The position numbers and the translations under genes are program-made. This document shows, piece after piece, positions 11,751 to 23,160 of a stretch of 64,000 bases of DNA. The DNA is taken from NCBI RefSeq assembly GCF_006345805.1, contig NC_043011.1:59098464-59162463 (forward strand). Direction: 5' to 3'. The first letter of the stretch is position 1. The number at the start of each line of letters is the position of its first letter. The stretch comes from Octopus sinensis (lineage: Eukaryota). The notes beneath the pieces are model-generated. The model did no database searches and was not told where the DNA came from. It was given only the letters and a program-made list of their open reading frames with translations.

Positions 11751-12559
11751 TATTATTGCCCCAATAATATCGTTAATAGAAACATCAACGAGATTCGGAT
11801 TATAACATTAAAGCAACAGCTACTACAAAGAGAATCATTCTACAATAACCTAAAGTGTGTTCAGAATAGGAAAATGGTAATGTGGTTTTTTTTATGCTAA
11901 AGAACTTAAAAAGAGAAGCAAAGAAATGAACATCCACACGGATATCATTATGCTATGACGAAGAATGAACATTGAACATGATGGGAATTGAAAAAGAAGG
12001 AAACGCAACCACGCCCGCGCCACTAACTTAGAGATTAAAAAAAAGAATTAAACATATCCGTTCTACAGCTTCTCTGTAAGTTTTTATTATTATTATTTAT
12101 TTACGGTAACGTATCCGCTGAAAACCATTTATTTATTTTCTTTGAAATTTGAAAAATATTACCGAAATATAAATGCAGAATTTTCCTCTCTCAGAGAAAT
12201 GATAATGTTGCAATATGAAAAGATTTAATTTTGGGGGAGATAAGGTTATTAAAGAGAACGTCTTAGCAAAATTGAAAACGATTTGGAAGGGGTTTACGTG
12301 AAGTAGCTTCTTGTGAACAAATGTGTAATGGAAATCAAATTACTGTAGGAATTCGGCCCACCAGTGTCCTCTCAGAGAGTGCATTACCTCAACCTAGACT
12401 TCAAAGCACTTGATCGGGCATGTGCGTGCGAGGGCGCATGTTTTTGTGTGTGTGTGTATGTGTGTATGTGTGTGTGTGCAGGTTTGTAGATTTTGTTTAA
12501 GTTTTTGATTTTGAATTATATTTTGAAGGAAAAGATCCTTCATTGTTTATCGACATTTG

Positions 12560-13090
12560 ATCGCCAGAAGGTCTTTCAGATATTATGTACTTCAGACATC
12601 ATGCAGCGTGTGAAGGAATTACATTCTCCTTCTCCTCAATAACAGAAGTTCAGCGAAACCTTGCTTCAGGTATGTTGGTTCCTTTTGCTGCCAAAATGAT
12701 AGGCATGAAGCTAAAAATATACCCTGGCTACTATATTTAAAAACGTCCTATGAATGGGTCATAGACCTCGTCTTTCTCCTGAATTTTTCTTACTATATTG
12801 AGCAACAGATCTCCATAATAGAACATATTTTTCTTGTGGCAAAAATATCTGACTGGTTGTGTTTTGACTTGGTAGATGTTAAATTTTTATCTTTCACCAA
12901 TGAAAATTTTCACCATCGATTTTGATATAGTGAACATTTTCTGTTGGGAATTTCCCTCTTCTTATACCGTTCTCAGCTCTTCTGAAAGTTGTATCATGCC
13001 ACATGGGAAGATTATATCCAGAAGACATTTCCTCGCAGTTGGCTTTACTGTTGATGTGTTCAGTTTAGTTTTCGTCAACATATGAATAGG
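12560..13090 (-). mobile_element. Possible decayed RTE-type LINE endonuclease fragment
   Basis: Minus translation with stops, ENMFYYGDLLLNIVRKIQEKDEVY, resembles the 'FY..L...V..I...D....GDFN' APE segment. Weak. Confidence 0.25.
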
Positions 13091-13189
13091 ATTCCTCTAT
13101 TTTTTTTACTTGACGTTTAAGTTAAAATGTCAGGTAATTGCTGAATATTGAAAATACATATAAACACACGGGCTTGTACACATACACAT

Positions 13190-13236
<47 letters not shown>

Positions 13237-13713
13237 CGCCCGCACAAACACACACAAACACATGTACATATGATAAATATATTTACTTTTTGATCAAGAC
13301 CTTTCACTGCCTGTTTATCGAACCAGCCTTTGTACGGAATGTAAGAAGTGTAGATGCTAATCCAACTGATCAGAGGCTGAGGGAATCTTTTTCAAAATGC
13401 TACCACATTCACTAGTTATACTCGTTTTTAACACAACCTATGCTGGTGCACATGTTGTAAAGTTTAAACTGTTAGAACATTTCTATACATCTGTCGATGC
13501 TAATAAGCCGTCTATATGTTAGACATTAGAATTTGTTCTCGTTGCTTTGCCTTCTCATCTCATTCATTCCCTATCTCTCTCTGTATATATGTATGTATAT
13601 ACATAAATACACACACAAACCCAGACAAATACACACATACACATAATATGTATATATATATATATATATTATATATATATATATACATATATATATATTA
13701 TATATATATATAT

Positions 13714-13767
<54 letters not shown>

Positions 13768-13799
13768 TATATATATATATATATATATAGATAACGGAT

Positions 13800-13960
13800 A
13801 TTGCGTGGCCTCTAAGGCAAGCCTTCTGAATGGATGTGGGAAACGGAAATAGAAAGAAGTCCGTCGGCTATGTATATGTATATTTATATTTGTGTGTGTG
13901 TATATATGTGTGTGTGTGTGTGTTTGTTTGCTTGTTACACATGACCGCTTAGCAACTAGT
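13800..13960 (+). mobile_element. Family B SINE fragment
   Basis: TGCGTGGC...GGCAAG...GGAAATAGAAAGAAGTCCGTCG, then TA/TG array and CCGCTTAGCAACTAGTGTTG. Confidence 0.5.
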
Positions 13961-14924
13961 GTTGATGGGAGTGATCACCACTTTGCCAATCCCTGGCAAG
14001 CAAGTAGCTAAACCGTTTACATACGCAAAAATCTAGCAGCTTCAGAGATTCAGACTTTCTAATTTGCATACTATATACATTTTTAACAGTTTATTTTATT
14101 CCTGCGGCAACGGGGGAACTCAGTGTGCAAGTATCGACGTATGATATATGCTATGTTACATATGCATGTATATATGTGTGTGTGCATATATGCATGCATT
14201 TATGTATGCATGTATGTATGTCATTATTCAGTTTATTTCAAGATTTGTTGCAAATAGAGAAAGAACCGATTTCTGACCTAGATTCAATCGCCACTGGAAT
14301 TTCAACATGAACAACAGTGTATTTTACTTTGTATGTATGTATGTATGTATGGATGGATGGATGGATGGATGGAGTATCGATGGATGGATGTGTGCAAATT
14401 TGTATGTTTTATGTATGTATTTTAATGCATATAGTTGCATATCTAGACATACTCATATACATTTAAATGATGAACATGTGGAAAGTTTTGCAGATTTTTA
14501 CAGTTCCGGTGATACATTGGACCTGTAATCTTTGGATTAACCTTCTCCCTAAGCCTAATTTCTCCCGATTGGTTTGGAGGGAGTGTGTTACATATCCCAG
14601 TGCTCTGTATGTATGTATGTATGTATGTATTGTTGTATGTATGTATTGTTGTATATATGTATGCATGCATTATGTATGTATGTATATATGTATGTATTGT
14701 TGTATGTATGTATGTATGCCTGTATGTACTTACTGCTGTGTTAGGTTTGCATTTTTAAATTTCGCCTTGTTAATGATATAACCTTAGCTGATATATTCTC
14801 CTTGTTAATATATGACTGGCTTTATTTTTAAAGAAATCACTAAATCCAACTTATAAAGTATATGATTTTCAAAGTGTAACGCACATGGTGTTCTACACTT
14901 CCCTTTAAAACTTCTCAGTTTTCA

Positions 14925-15145
14925 GGTGTTCCAGTGGAAGGCAGTTGCATCATTTTCATCATCTTGAAGTGGCAGCCAAACAGCACCAAACCAATTCTGG
15001 ATCGGTTCTGGGACGCAGAAGCCCAGATTGATAATGAGATAAGTGCCGAAGAAATAATTACTTCATTTTTATTGCAGACGTTACAAAAGTAAAAACCAAT
15101 ATTGGAAAGTAGAATATTCAATGCTCAAAGAAGATTTGACGGTGC
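14925..15145 (+). mobile_element. Possible Bel/Pao LTR-retrotransposon pol remnant
   Basis: Frame gives ILDRFWDAEAQIDNEISAEEIITSFLLQTLQK* and later NAQRRF, resembling Pao 'LERFWE.E...LS.EE...F..T' and 'A.RRL'. By-eye only. Confidence 0.3.
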
Positions 15146-16289
15146 ATCGCACGTTTGTATGTATGTATATCACATAGAACACGTGATATATGTGTTTATA
15201 CGTGTGTGTATGTGTGTGTATAAAGGAAGTTCATAATATAAGGATAAAATGTGTGTAAATCATAAAAATGATCCCAGTATATTTGATAGTAGAGTGTAAT
15301 AATTTTATTTCAATATATACTTACAACATGAATATGTTTCTTTCGCATTGAAGTAGAAGTAGCTAAGAAACTTCAGAATATCATTTGTAGCTTAAAAACG
15401 TGTGTGTGTGCGAGTTGGGTGTATATATATCGATCGACATACGCATATATGTGTATGAATATACACAGCAATAAATACCGAGAGAAATATATTAATGACT
15501 GTGCACAATTTACATTAGAACCGAATAAAACTGGGATTCGTCAATAAAAGCAGTTATGCTTAATCCTATTAGAGCCATGAACGAACTCGTCATTGTGGCG
15601 AAGCAGCTTTGCAAATGATGCCTTTTACTGTTTCATAGAATTCGTTTCCTTTTGAAATATTCCTCTGACAATATTCAACATTAACAATATTTTTTCTTTG
15701 GAAACATATTCCTCTGTCTTCTCACGACTATTTCACTCCCGGTCCATTTTTAGAAAATATATTTATAGTTGTCTTTCGTTTGTTTTCGAATTTTTGTTGG
15801 AGCTGCATATTTATTGCTCTTTGTTCTGAAAATAGAAACGAAGAAGGATAACCAACTCTCAAAGCAAGACAAATACTTTGTGCTGATAAAATACAAAGTA
15901 AATGACATCGCACAAATAAAACTTGAGTATACTGTTTAGTACTGAAGACAGAAAGCAATATACATCGCGCACAATAGTTATATAAGTCAAACACTGATGT
16001 AAAATATTTTTAATGGTTTGGTCTCAAGAAAGCGCGTATACCCACCGTACAGATGACACGGATTGACATGGGTTCAATTCATTGCGCTAAAGATGACAAT
16101 GGAAGGTAGAATGCCAGGTAGTTGTACTTGCGTGAGCAAAATTCGTGTGGATGATTTCTGCCACGATGTCTCGAAATGACAGGAAAAAATGAGCAGGCCC
16201 CTTTTGCCTCTGTTTCAGTAAGAAAGGGTTCTATACCATCAGTTGGAACTCTGATGATGCTCCTAAAACCTACCATCTGTTACTAACAG

Positions 16290-16435
16290 ATACATCGGGC
16301 AAAATGTCTACCGGTATTTCGTCAGTCCTTACGTTCTGAGTTCACATTCTACCGAGGTCGACTTTGCTTTTCAGTGTTTCGAAGTCCATGAAATAAGTTC
16401 CAGTTATGCACTTACCCTTCCCCTCAAATTTCAGG
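16290..16435 (+). mobile_element. SINE family A, partial
   Basis: CGGTATTTCGTCAGTCCTTACGTTCTGAGTTCACATTCTACCGAGGTCGACTTTGC matches the family A body. Confidence 0.65.
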
Positions 16436-16440
16436 TTTAT

Positions 16441-16446
16441 TATTGC

Positions 16447-16522
<76 letters not shown>

Positions 16523-16730
16523 TAGTTTTATTTTTATAGCGTGCTTTCACTTCACTACCGAACACAGCTCTGTGTGCCTTGGGTATGTGCTGTGATTTGT
16601 TGTGATGCTCTGATGGTTATTGTATGGAAAGTGTTCTGCGTAGGATGTGTGCAGTGCCTAGTAGTGCAATTTTCTGTATGTTATATGTGTTTGTAAGTCT
16701 TGGTGTTTTTGTTATGTATTTGTCTGAATA

Positions 16731-16816
<86 letters not shown>

Positions 16817-16830
16817 TATTATTATTATTA
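16441..16830. repeat. (ATT)n array split by a retrotransposon insertion
   Basis: ATT units at ~16441-16519 and ~16739-16830 flank the Dong fragment. Confidence 0.95.
16521..16738 (-). mobile_element. 5'-truncated R4/Dong element inserted in (TAA)n
   Basis: Minus strand encodes ...NIQKIALLGTAHILRRTLSIQ*, followed by a ~95-nt 3' UTR. TAA repeats lie on both sides. Confidence 0.9.
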
Positions 16831-17179
16831 TCTTCTTCCAATTCTGTTTCCATTTCTTGACGAGGGTCTTCTCAACACCTAGAACAAAGAAACTCACTCT
16901 ATAAATAAACACAGCAGATAGTACATTTACAAAGACATGTGGTAAAGAAAATGGCGAAGAACGACAGAGAAAAAAAGGAACGAAGGGAAAATATTGAAAA
17001 ATAAAACAAAGAAAATAAAGGAGAAATAAGAAAATTCACAGAAACATTCTTCTTCTCAATGGACACGTCCAGCCTTGATAGCGACTGGACGTGTTATTCG
17101 CTGCCCTGACCAGTCAACAGCCGAAGACACAGCAACACTAACACAACCCAGCAGAACAGCTGAAAAATAACTCTTAATA

Positions 17180-17600
17180 ACTGGAATATCTACAATTCCC
17201 CGTATTTAAGTTTAAAGACTTGTCTTTCTACCGTTTTCATTGGCCGGACACACAAACAATCATCTTTAAAAACTTTACACTTTTCGGTGAATACTTAGCC
17301 TTTTCTTTCTCCCTGACTATCCGAATATGAAAACATCCCTTTTATTTCAAGAACTCTATTAAATACCTCTGGCTATCTATCTCCTACAATTTCAAGATAA
17401 GTGACTCTTTGTTAGTAAATAATCCTTTATTTTCTTCTAGCAACTCGAAAACGCAAGCATTTCTCTCTTTTATACAGAAAAACGTGTAACTTTTCCAAAC
17501 ACTTTCCAGAACTGATAAAAATGGTGATAAGAAACTGTTGATATTCACACAAACTGCTCAATTACAAGAACTGTAAGACACAGCAAAACATGCTAAAAGA
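17180..17600 (-). mobile_element. Possible decayed L1/Tx1-type LINE 3' end
   Basis: Minus translation SQRYLIEFLK*KGCFHIRIVREKEK resembles the C-terminal 'S...LI.FF..H...K.RVER' of invertebrate Tx1-like ORF2 (from memory). Confidence 0.35.
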
Positions 17601-17664
17601 AAACAACATTCAAAAGTGTAAACATCAGTGAGTGTATGTGCGTGTATAAATATAAATATAAAAA

Positions 17665-17699
<35 letters not shown>

Positions 17700-17703
<4 letters not shown>

Positions 17704-17841
17704 ATCACAATAAGCAACAAGAATACCTTCGGTAATTTGGTAGGATTGTTTCACCCTACATCATTTTATTAATAAGTTGCTGTAGTGTGAAACGATCGTA
17801 CCAAATTACCTAAGATATCCTTGTTGCTTATTTTGATTATA
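17700..17841. mobile_element. ~140-bp hairpin MITE inserted at the edge of (TA)n
   Basis: 17701-17754 pairs with 17787-17840 (ATAATCACAATAAGCAACAAG... vs ...CTTGTTGCTTATTTTGATTAT) with a few mismatches; TA flanks. Confidence 0.8.
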
Positions 17842-17932
17842 ATCACCCCATAGGTTTATATGGATAACACCGTACTATATTCTGGTGCATCTGACTTAAG
17901 TACCATATTTATTTGAATCTATATATATATAC

Positions 17933-17981
<49 letters not shown>

Positions 17982-18506
17982 TATATATATATATATTATA
18001 TATATATATATATACATATATACATAAATATATATGTGTGTATATATATATAATACACACACACAATCACATGTACTTATGTTTCCATTCTAGCCCCTTG
18101 ATAATGCATTATTCAAAACATTTCTGTTAAATTCAATGTTAAGATTTGAAGTTGTGAGGGCTAGAATTTTTTCGGGGCTTTTGTTTTAGTGATAACAATG
18201 GTTTCATATAAATTGTAGAAATTCACATTCATAACTAAAGAAGTTTAAGATGTTATTTCATATATATAAATTTTAGTAAGAAAATATATCTAATATGTAA
18301 AAATAAATATAAATATAAAATAAAATATAAACAATATACTTATTTAGAAATATTTAAGCATATATTTCTACAAATTTGAATAATATGAATAGTTTAATTA
18401 TTGTTATATACTTAAGGGAAAATTTCAAATTATGAAAATAAATATAATTAGAATAATATATATATTATATACGTATACATACATACACACACACACACAG
18501 ATATAT

Positions 18507-18554
<48 letters not shown>

Positions 18555-18679
18555 TATATATATATATATTATACATATATACATACACACACACTCACAC
18601 ATATATATATACATATATATGTATATATATATATATACGTATATATTTATATAATTCTTTCTATCAGCAATTTCAAAGG

Positions 18680-19605
18680 TGAGTTGGTTGTTTCCAAGGT
18701 CACTCCACCCATTAATCACTGTGGTAGTAGCTACATATTTAACCTCTGCTGTAGGAAGTACCCAATGCTTTAGTCTTTATCATTGCGCAGGAATGCGAAG
18801 CCCCATTGTTCAACCAATTTCACATGATATGGCACTCTTCTATTTATCTGTCTATAACTTCTGGATGAGTTGCCTTGGTCCTATGTAGTCTTAATATACT
18901 CAAACACTCACTTATCCATGAGTGCGGGATCATGTCATAGGCTTTCCTATAATCTATCCATGCTATTGTTAGATTTTTCTTTCTAGTTTTACTTCGTGTA
19001 GAACTGCTTTGTCTATGAATAATACCTCATGAGGTCCTCTAGCATTCTTTCTGCAACCTTTCTGTTTTTCTGTTAGTAAAATTTGGTGTGTCAAGGTTCT
19101 TGTAAAATGCTTTCTGAAAGCATTCTTGTTAACAGTTTCCTCAACAACCGTAAGCAAATGATTAGCATATTCTGTATTCTAACGGGTATAAGGAACCGTC
19201 GTGTACAAAGAGCCCTCTAATTATGGGGGCTTAAAATTCGGAAAAAAACAGTTTGTGTAGGGATTATTTTATGCATGTATCAGAAACTCCTATATTTTTG
19301 TAACCTAATTTTTAACAAAAAAGGGTTACTTATACACGTTAAAATACAGAATTGCGAGCTTAACTTAACTTTCATAAGGTGTATTGTCCTCCCTCTAGTC
19401 ATCCAATCTGGTATTATTTCTCCATTAAGGCAATCTTGAAGTTGTTCCCTAAGCCTCTCATGTAAACTACTGTACCCTTGAACTAACTTGGATCCTGGGC
19501 CCTTCCAATTCGGCAATTTTCGTAACACTCTACTCATTAAGGCACTAGTCTTACATCTGGCTGCCTCCAATCCATTGCTTCTTCCCTCGCTTCCTTTAAT
19601 CATAC
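18680..19605 (-). mobile_element. R4/Dong reverse-transcriptase fragment, frameshifted and interrupted by a MITE
   Basis: Minus strand: LRKLPNWKGPG...SLHERLREQLQDCL...PDWMTRGRT, [MITE], IICLRLLRKLLTRMLSES, EKQKGCRKNARG...FIDKAV, AWIDYRKAYDMIPHSWISECL. These are RT domains 0-3 of R4-clade elements. Confidence 0.85.
19172..19349. mobile_element. 178-bp MITE with 21-bp TIRs (Tc2/Kanga-like TcMar by TIR resemblance)
   Basis: CTGTATTCTAACGGGTATAAG (19172-19192) vs reverse complement of 19329-19349, CTGTATTTTAACGTGTATAAG (19/21 match). Confidence 0.8.
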
Positions 19606-19829
19606 GGCATATCCATTATGTTTGACTGGATTATCCCATTACTGGATTATCCATTTGACTAGATTATCCCATTACTCCATAACATTCTAGCAACCGCTGT
19701 ACTAGCTTTCTCATCTCCACTAATCCGGTCTCCACTATTTATTTGTCTGTCTCAAATAATCTATTTTGTTGATACTGATCTATACTTTTCCAGTATATGG
19801 AGAGCTTACCTGCTACTGCGATTATTATA

Positions 19830-19831
19830 AT

Positions 19832-19896
<65 letters not shown>

Positions 19897-20080
19897 TTAT
19901 TATTATTATATTATTATTATTATTATTATTATTATTGTCGTCGTCGTCGTCGTTGTTATTGTTGTTGTTGGTGGTGGTGGCGATGGTAGTGGTGTTGTTA
20001 TTTTGTTGTTCTTATTTTTGTTCTTGTTCTTGTTTCTGTCGTAGTTATCGCCGTCGTCGTCATCATCATCATCAGCGTTA
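19830..20080. repeat. Compound triplet microsatellite (TAC)(TAT)(GTC)(GTT)(GGT)(CAT)
   Basis: Directly visible; source of the homopolymeric ORFs. Confidence 0.9.
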
Positions 20081-20494
20081 TCATTATTATCTCCGGTGTC
20101 CTCCACATCCCCGTGGTCATAGTAATAATAATCTCTTTATTATCGCAGTCGTCTTCATCAATACGATTATCATCATTAATTTATGTTTAATTCATGTTCG
20201 CCGCATCATAAACCTCGATCGCCGCATCATAAACCCCGTTATCAGCATCATTCTCTCCTCATTATCTATCTTTCTCACATCATTAATGTGACCATCAAAC
20301 TGTTGTACAACATTTCATTCCCAATCCTTAATTATTGCTTTAATATATAATGTTTTCCAATACATTTAAGAACATAGCTTTATTTATAGGTACCACTTGT
20401 TGTTTTATATCCCGACATCTATTATCCAAACCATTCCAATAGTGACCATCACGTATATTTATACATGTCATTAAAACCAAATCATATAATGTAT

Positions 20495-20728
20495 CCTATT
20501 TCTTTACTACCCACAAGGGGCTAAACATAGAGGGGACAAACAAGGACAGACAAACGGATTAAGTCGATTACATAGACCCCAGTGCGTAACTGGTACTTAA
20601 TTTATCGACTCCGAAACGATGAAAGACACAGTCGACCTCGGCAGAATTTGAACTCAGAACGTAATGGCAGACGAAATACTGCTAAGCATTCCGCCCGGCG
20701 TGCCAACGTTTCTGCCAGCTCACTGCCT
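20495..20728 (-). mobile_element. Full-length SINE family A (tail type 1)
   Basis: Collinear with 11516-11750 at high identity; no clear TSD seen. Confidence 0.9.
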
Positions 20729-21919
20729 TTCATCCTGTCACTATCGTATGTGGGAGGATTAGATCTGAGGGAGATTTGGTTGCTATTTCCAGCTAGTAAA
20801 ATCACTGATGTTTAGTTCTTGTTCACGTCATGAATTGATATATTGTTATTGTCGTTGCTGTTGTTCTTGTAGCACTTGGATGCCCCAGAATCTTGCAGAT
20901 TTTTGATGACAGACATATTTGCTACGATTACTCCAGTATGGAACGTTAACGGATCTAATAAACTTAGAATTATTCCTACTCTTTGCTTTCATCTTTCTCT
21001 TCATTCCTTTACATTAGATGCTGTACTGTTTCTTTAACGTTGGCGTACCATATTTTTTTTTATTGTTATCGATCTGTTTGGTTTCCTTCTCGGCTCTACT
21101 TGTGCATCTTGCATTGCATTATCGACTGAGCTGTTTCAACAGTTGGCAACGTTGTGGGTTGATTGACACACTTGTTGGTAGTATTCCTAGCATGCCGACG
21201 GGCCACATAAACGCACCCCCATTGGTTCTTGATTGTTATATGACTGTTTATAATGCGTAACTGATGTTACATTACGACTAAATTATATTTCCCACATGGC
21301 GACGGAAGAGTGTCTCTATGAAACGTGCTGCATAACCCATACGCAAACAGTAGAATTTCATATATGGATTATAATGAAGTGATAACATTTAGCTCAAAAT
21401 AAATTATTCGTGTAGTTAGAATCCAGGAAACTCTCACTAAATTTGTTTTGAATTCTAAAACCAATAACAAGTACGATGACAGCATTAAGATAAGCTAAAC
21501 GGAATAGTTTTCTTTTTCTCTTAATCTTTCCAAGACGTTAGTTGCAGGGCTTACATTTTATTTATTTATTCATTTATTCATTTATTTCCTAGGATGTGTT
21601 TGAGTAAATTATATATTCTGTATGTTTATTCAGACTTGAAACATACTGAGCGAAACCAGATAATAATTCTATTTGTTACTTGCATTGCCGTATTTGTTGT
21701 TATTTCCTTAGCCCCAGGATTTCCCTAATGAGAGGTGCTAAGATAAAAAGTGTCCTAGACGTAACCGTATTTTCTTTTATTTAGGTATTTTGTATTTAAT
21801 AACATTCCATCTAACTTCATCTCAAGTATCACCTTAAAGCTTTCGCTAGGATTAACAGAAATTTGACAGCTCAACCATTTTAAGAAAAACGAATGACTGC
21901 GTTTAAACTGCCATCTTAC

Positions 21920-22490
21920 CTCATTGTTCTCGAGGACTATTTTCGCTGTTGTTGTTCATTTTGCTCTTATTCTTGTTGATGATGGTTGTGCAAACGCTGC
22001 TGCTCTGGTTATACTGGTGTTGGTGATATTGCTGATAGCTCCCGTGTTGATCTTCGTCCCAATAAATATTAGCTTCACTATTTATAGTGATGACGGGTGG
22101 GTTGTGATAGTAATGGTAATAGTGACGGCTATGGTAGTGACTGTGTTACTAATAACAGTAGTGCTGACGTTGATAGTGATTGCAATATAAGTGTTAAAGG
22201 TGATTGTAGTAGTAGTAGTAGTAGTAGTAGTAGTATAGCAGTAGTTGTGATGGTGACCGTAGTATTGACGATGGCTGCCGTAGCGGTGGTGGTAGATGTT
22301 TTAGAAGTAATGGTAGTGTTTTTATTAAATAACGTAGCAATGTTAGATGCAATGGTATTAGCGGTAGTAGTATCGGTTGTGGAAGCAGTGGTGATGGTGG
22401 CAATTGTTTTGATGCTTTTGTAGACGAAAGAGGTGATTTTTGTTGTTGCTGTTGCCGTTATAATGACTATTGTCGTTGCTGTTGCCGTGG
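21920..22490. repeat. Decayed GTA/GTT/GAT triplet low-complexity tract
   Basis: Imperfect triplet periodicity around a (GTA)n core; the Thr- and Val-rich ORFs are by-products. Confidence 0.75.
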
Positions 22491-23095
22491 TCAACAAGCC
22501 TTATGTTATCGCTTATTTGGCAGGCATATGGACAAGGAAAAATGATATAGGGATAACAAATAATGTATCAATCTCATGCGAGAATGAATCTGGTGTAGGG
22601 AGTCCTAAAGGTTTTCGAAAGCGGTTTGTGGACGCCATTTTCCTATGACTCGTCGTAATAATTCCTCTTTTTCTAGCGCAATATTGAATGTACTGAATAT
22701 AGAATTATTAGATCAACCACCTTGTAATTATTGATTTGGAACCAGATGATATTATTGGTGTTGTTTAGCCACAAATCAGTTCTGACTGAGCAGTTTTACG
22801 ATGAAACCCTTTCCAAATATAGAAATATACTGCTGCTCGACATAATCATTCCTCCTGTCGCTATCTGTTAGCCATTCGAAATACTGTTCATATCTATTAA
22901 ATTTGTGTTATCCAAAATGAAATACATTAATATGCAACAGTGCTGTGCGTCTGTCAATGAATATACATGAATATACATGTTGAGAAGACTGTACTGCCTG
23001 TGGAACCATGTCATTGAAATAACCAGTCGTTTAGCTTACAGGAAAATATGGTGTGATGTGAGAGAGGCTGTTTCTTTTCCTCTCTGCTTTCACAG

Positions 23096-23160
23096 ATAGA
23101 TCAATAACAAGTAGTTGCCTTGTCAGCTCGGTTTGTCGTTGTATTTGGCCATGTTGTTGA
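23096..23160 (+). CDS. Weak candidate terminal exon (xRSITSSCLVSSVCRCIWPCC*)
   Basis: Strong acceptor TTTCTTTTCCTCTCTGCTTTCACAG| at 23095; one frame gives a 21-residue Cys-rich end and a stop at 23158-23160. No recognisable homologue. Confidence 0.15.

Noticed and set aside
12593-12670. Possible small plus-strand exon ending at CAG|GTATGT
   Set aside because: It lies within a probable minus-strand LINE remnant and the peptide is uninformative.
16245-16275. CTGATGATGCTCCTAAAAC hammerhead-like start
   Set aside because: No stem II and no GAAA; cannot form the core.
21000-21320. ...CCCACA|TGGCGACGG resembling an LTR end plus primer-binding site
   Set aside because: No second LTR, no gag/pol sequence and no TSD; an 8-nt match is expected by chance.
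22129-22497. Mucin-like Thr-rich ORF
   Set aside because: Derived from decayed triplet repeats and runs into a pure (GTA)n array; no signal peptide or splice support.
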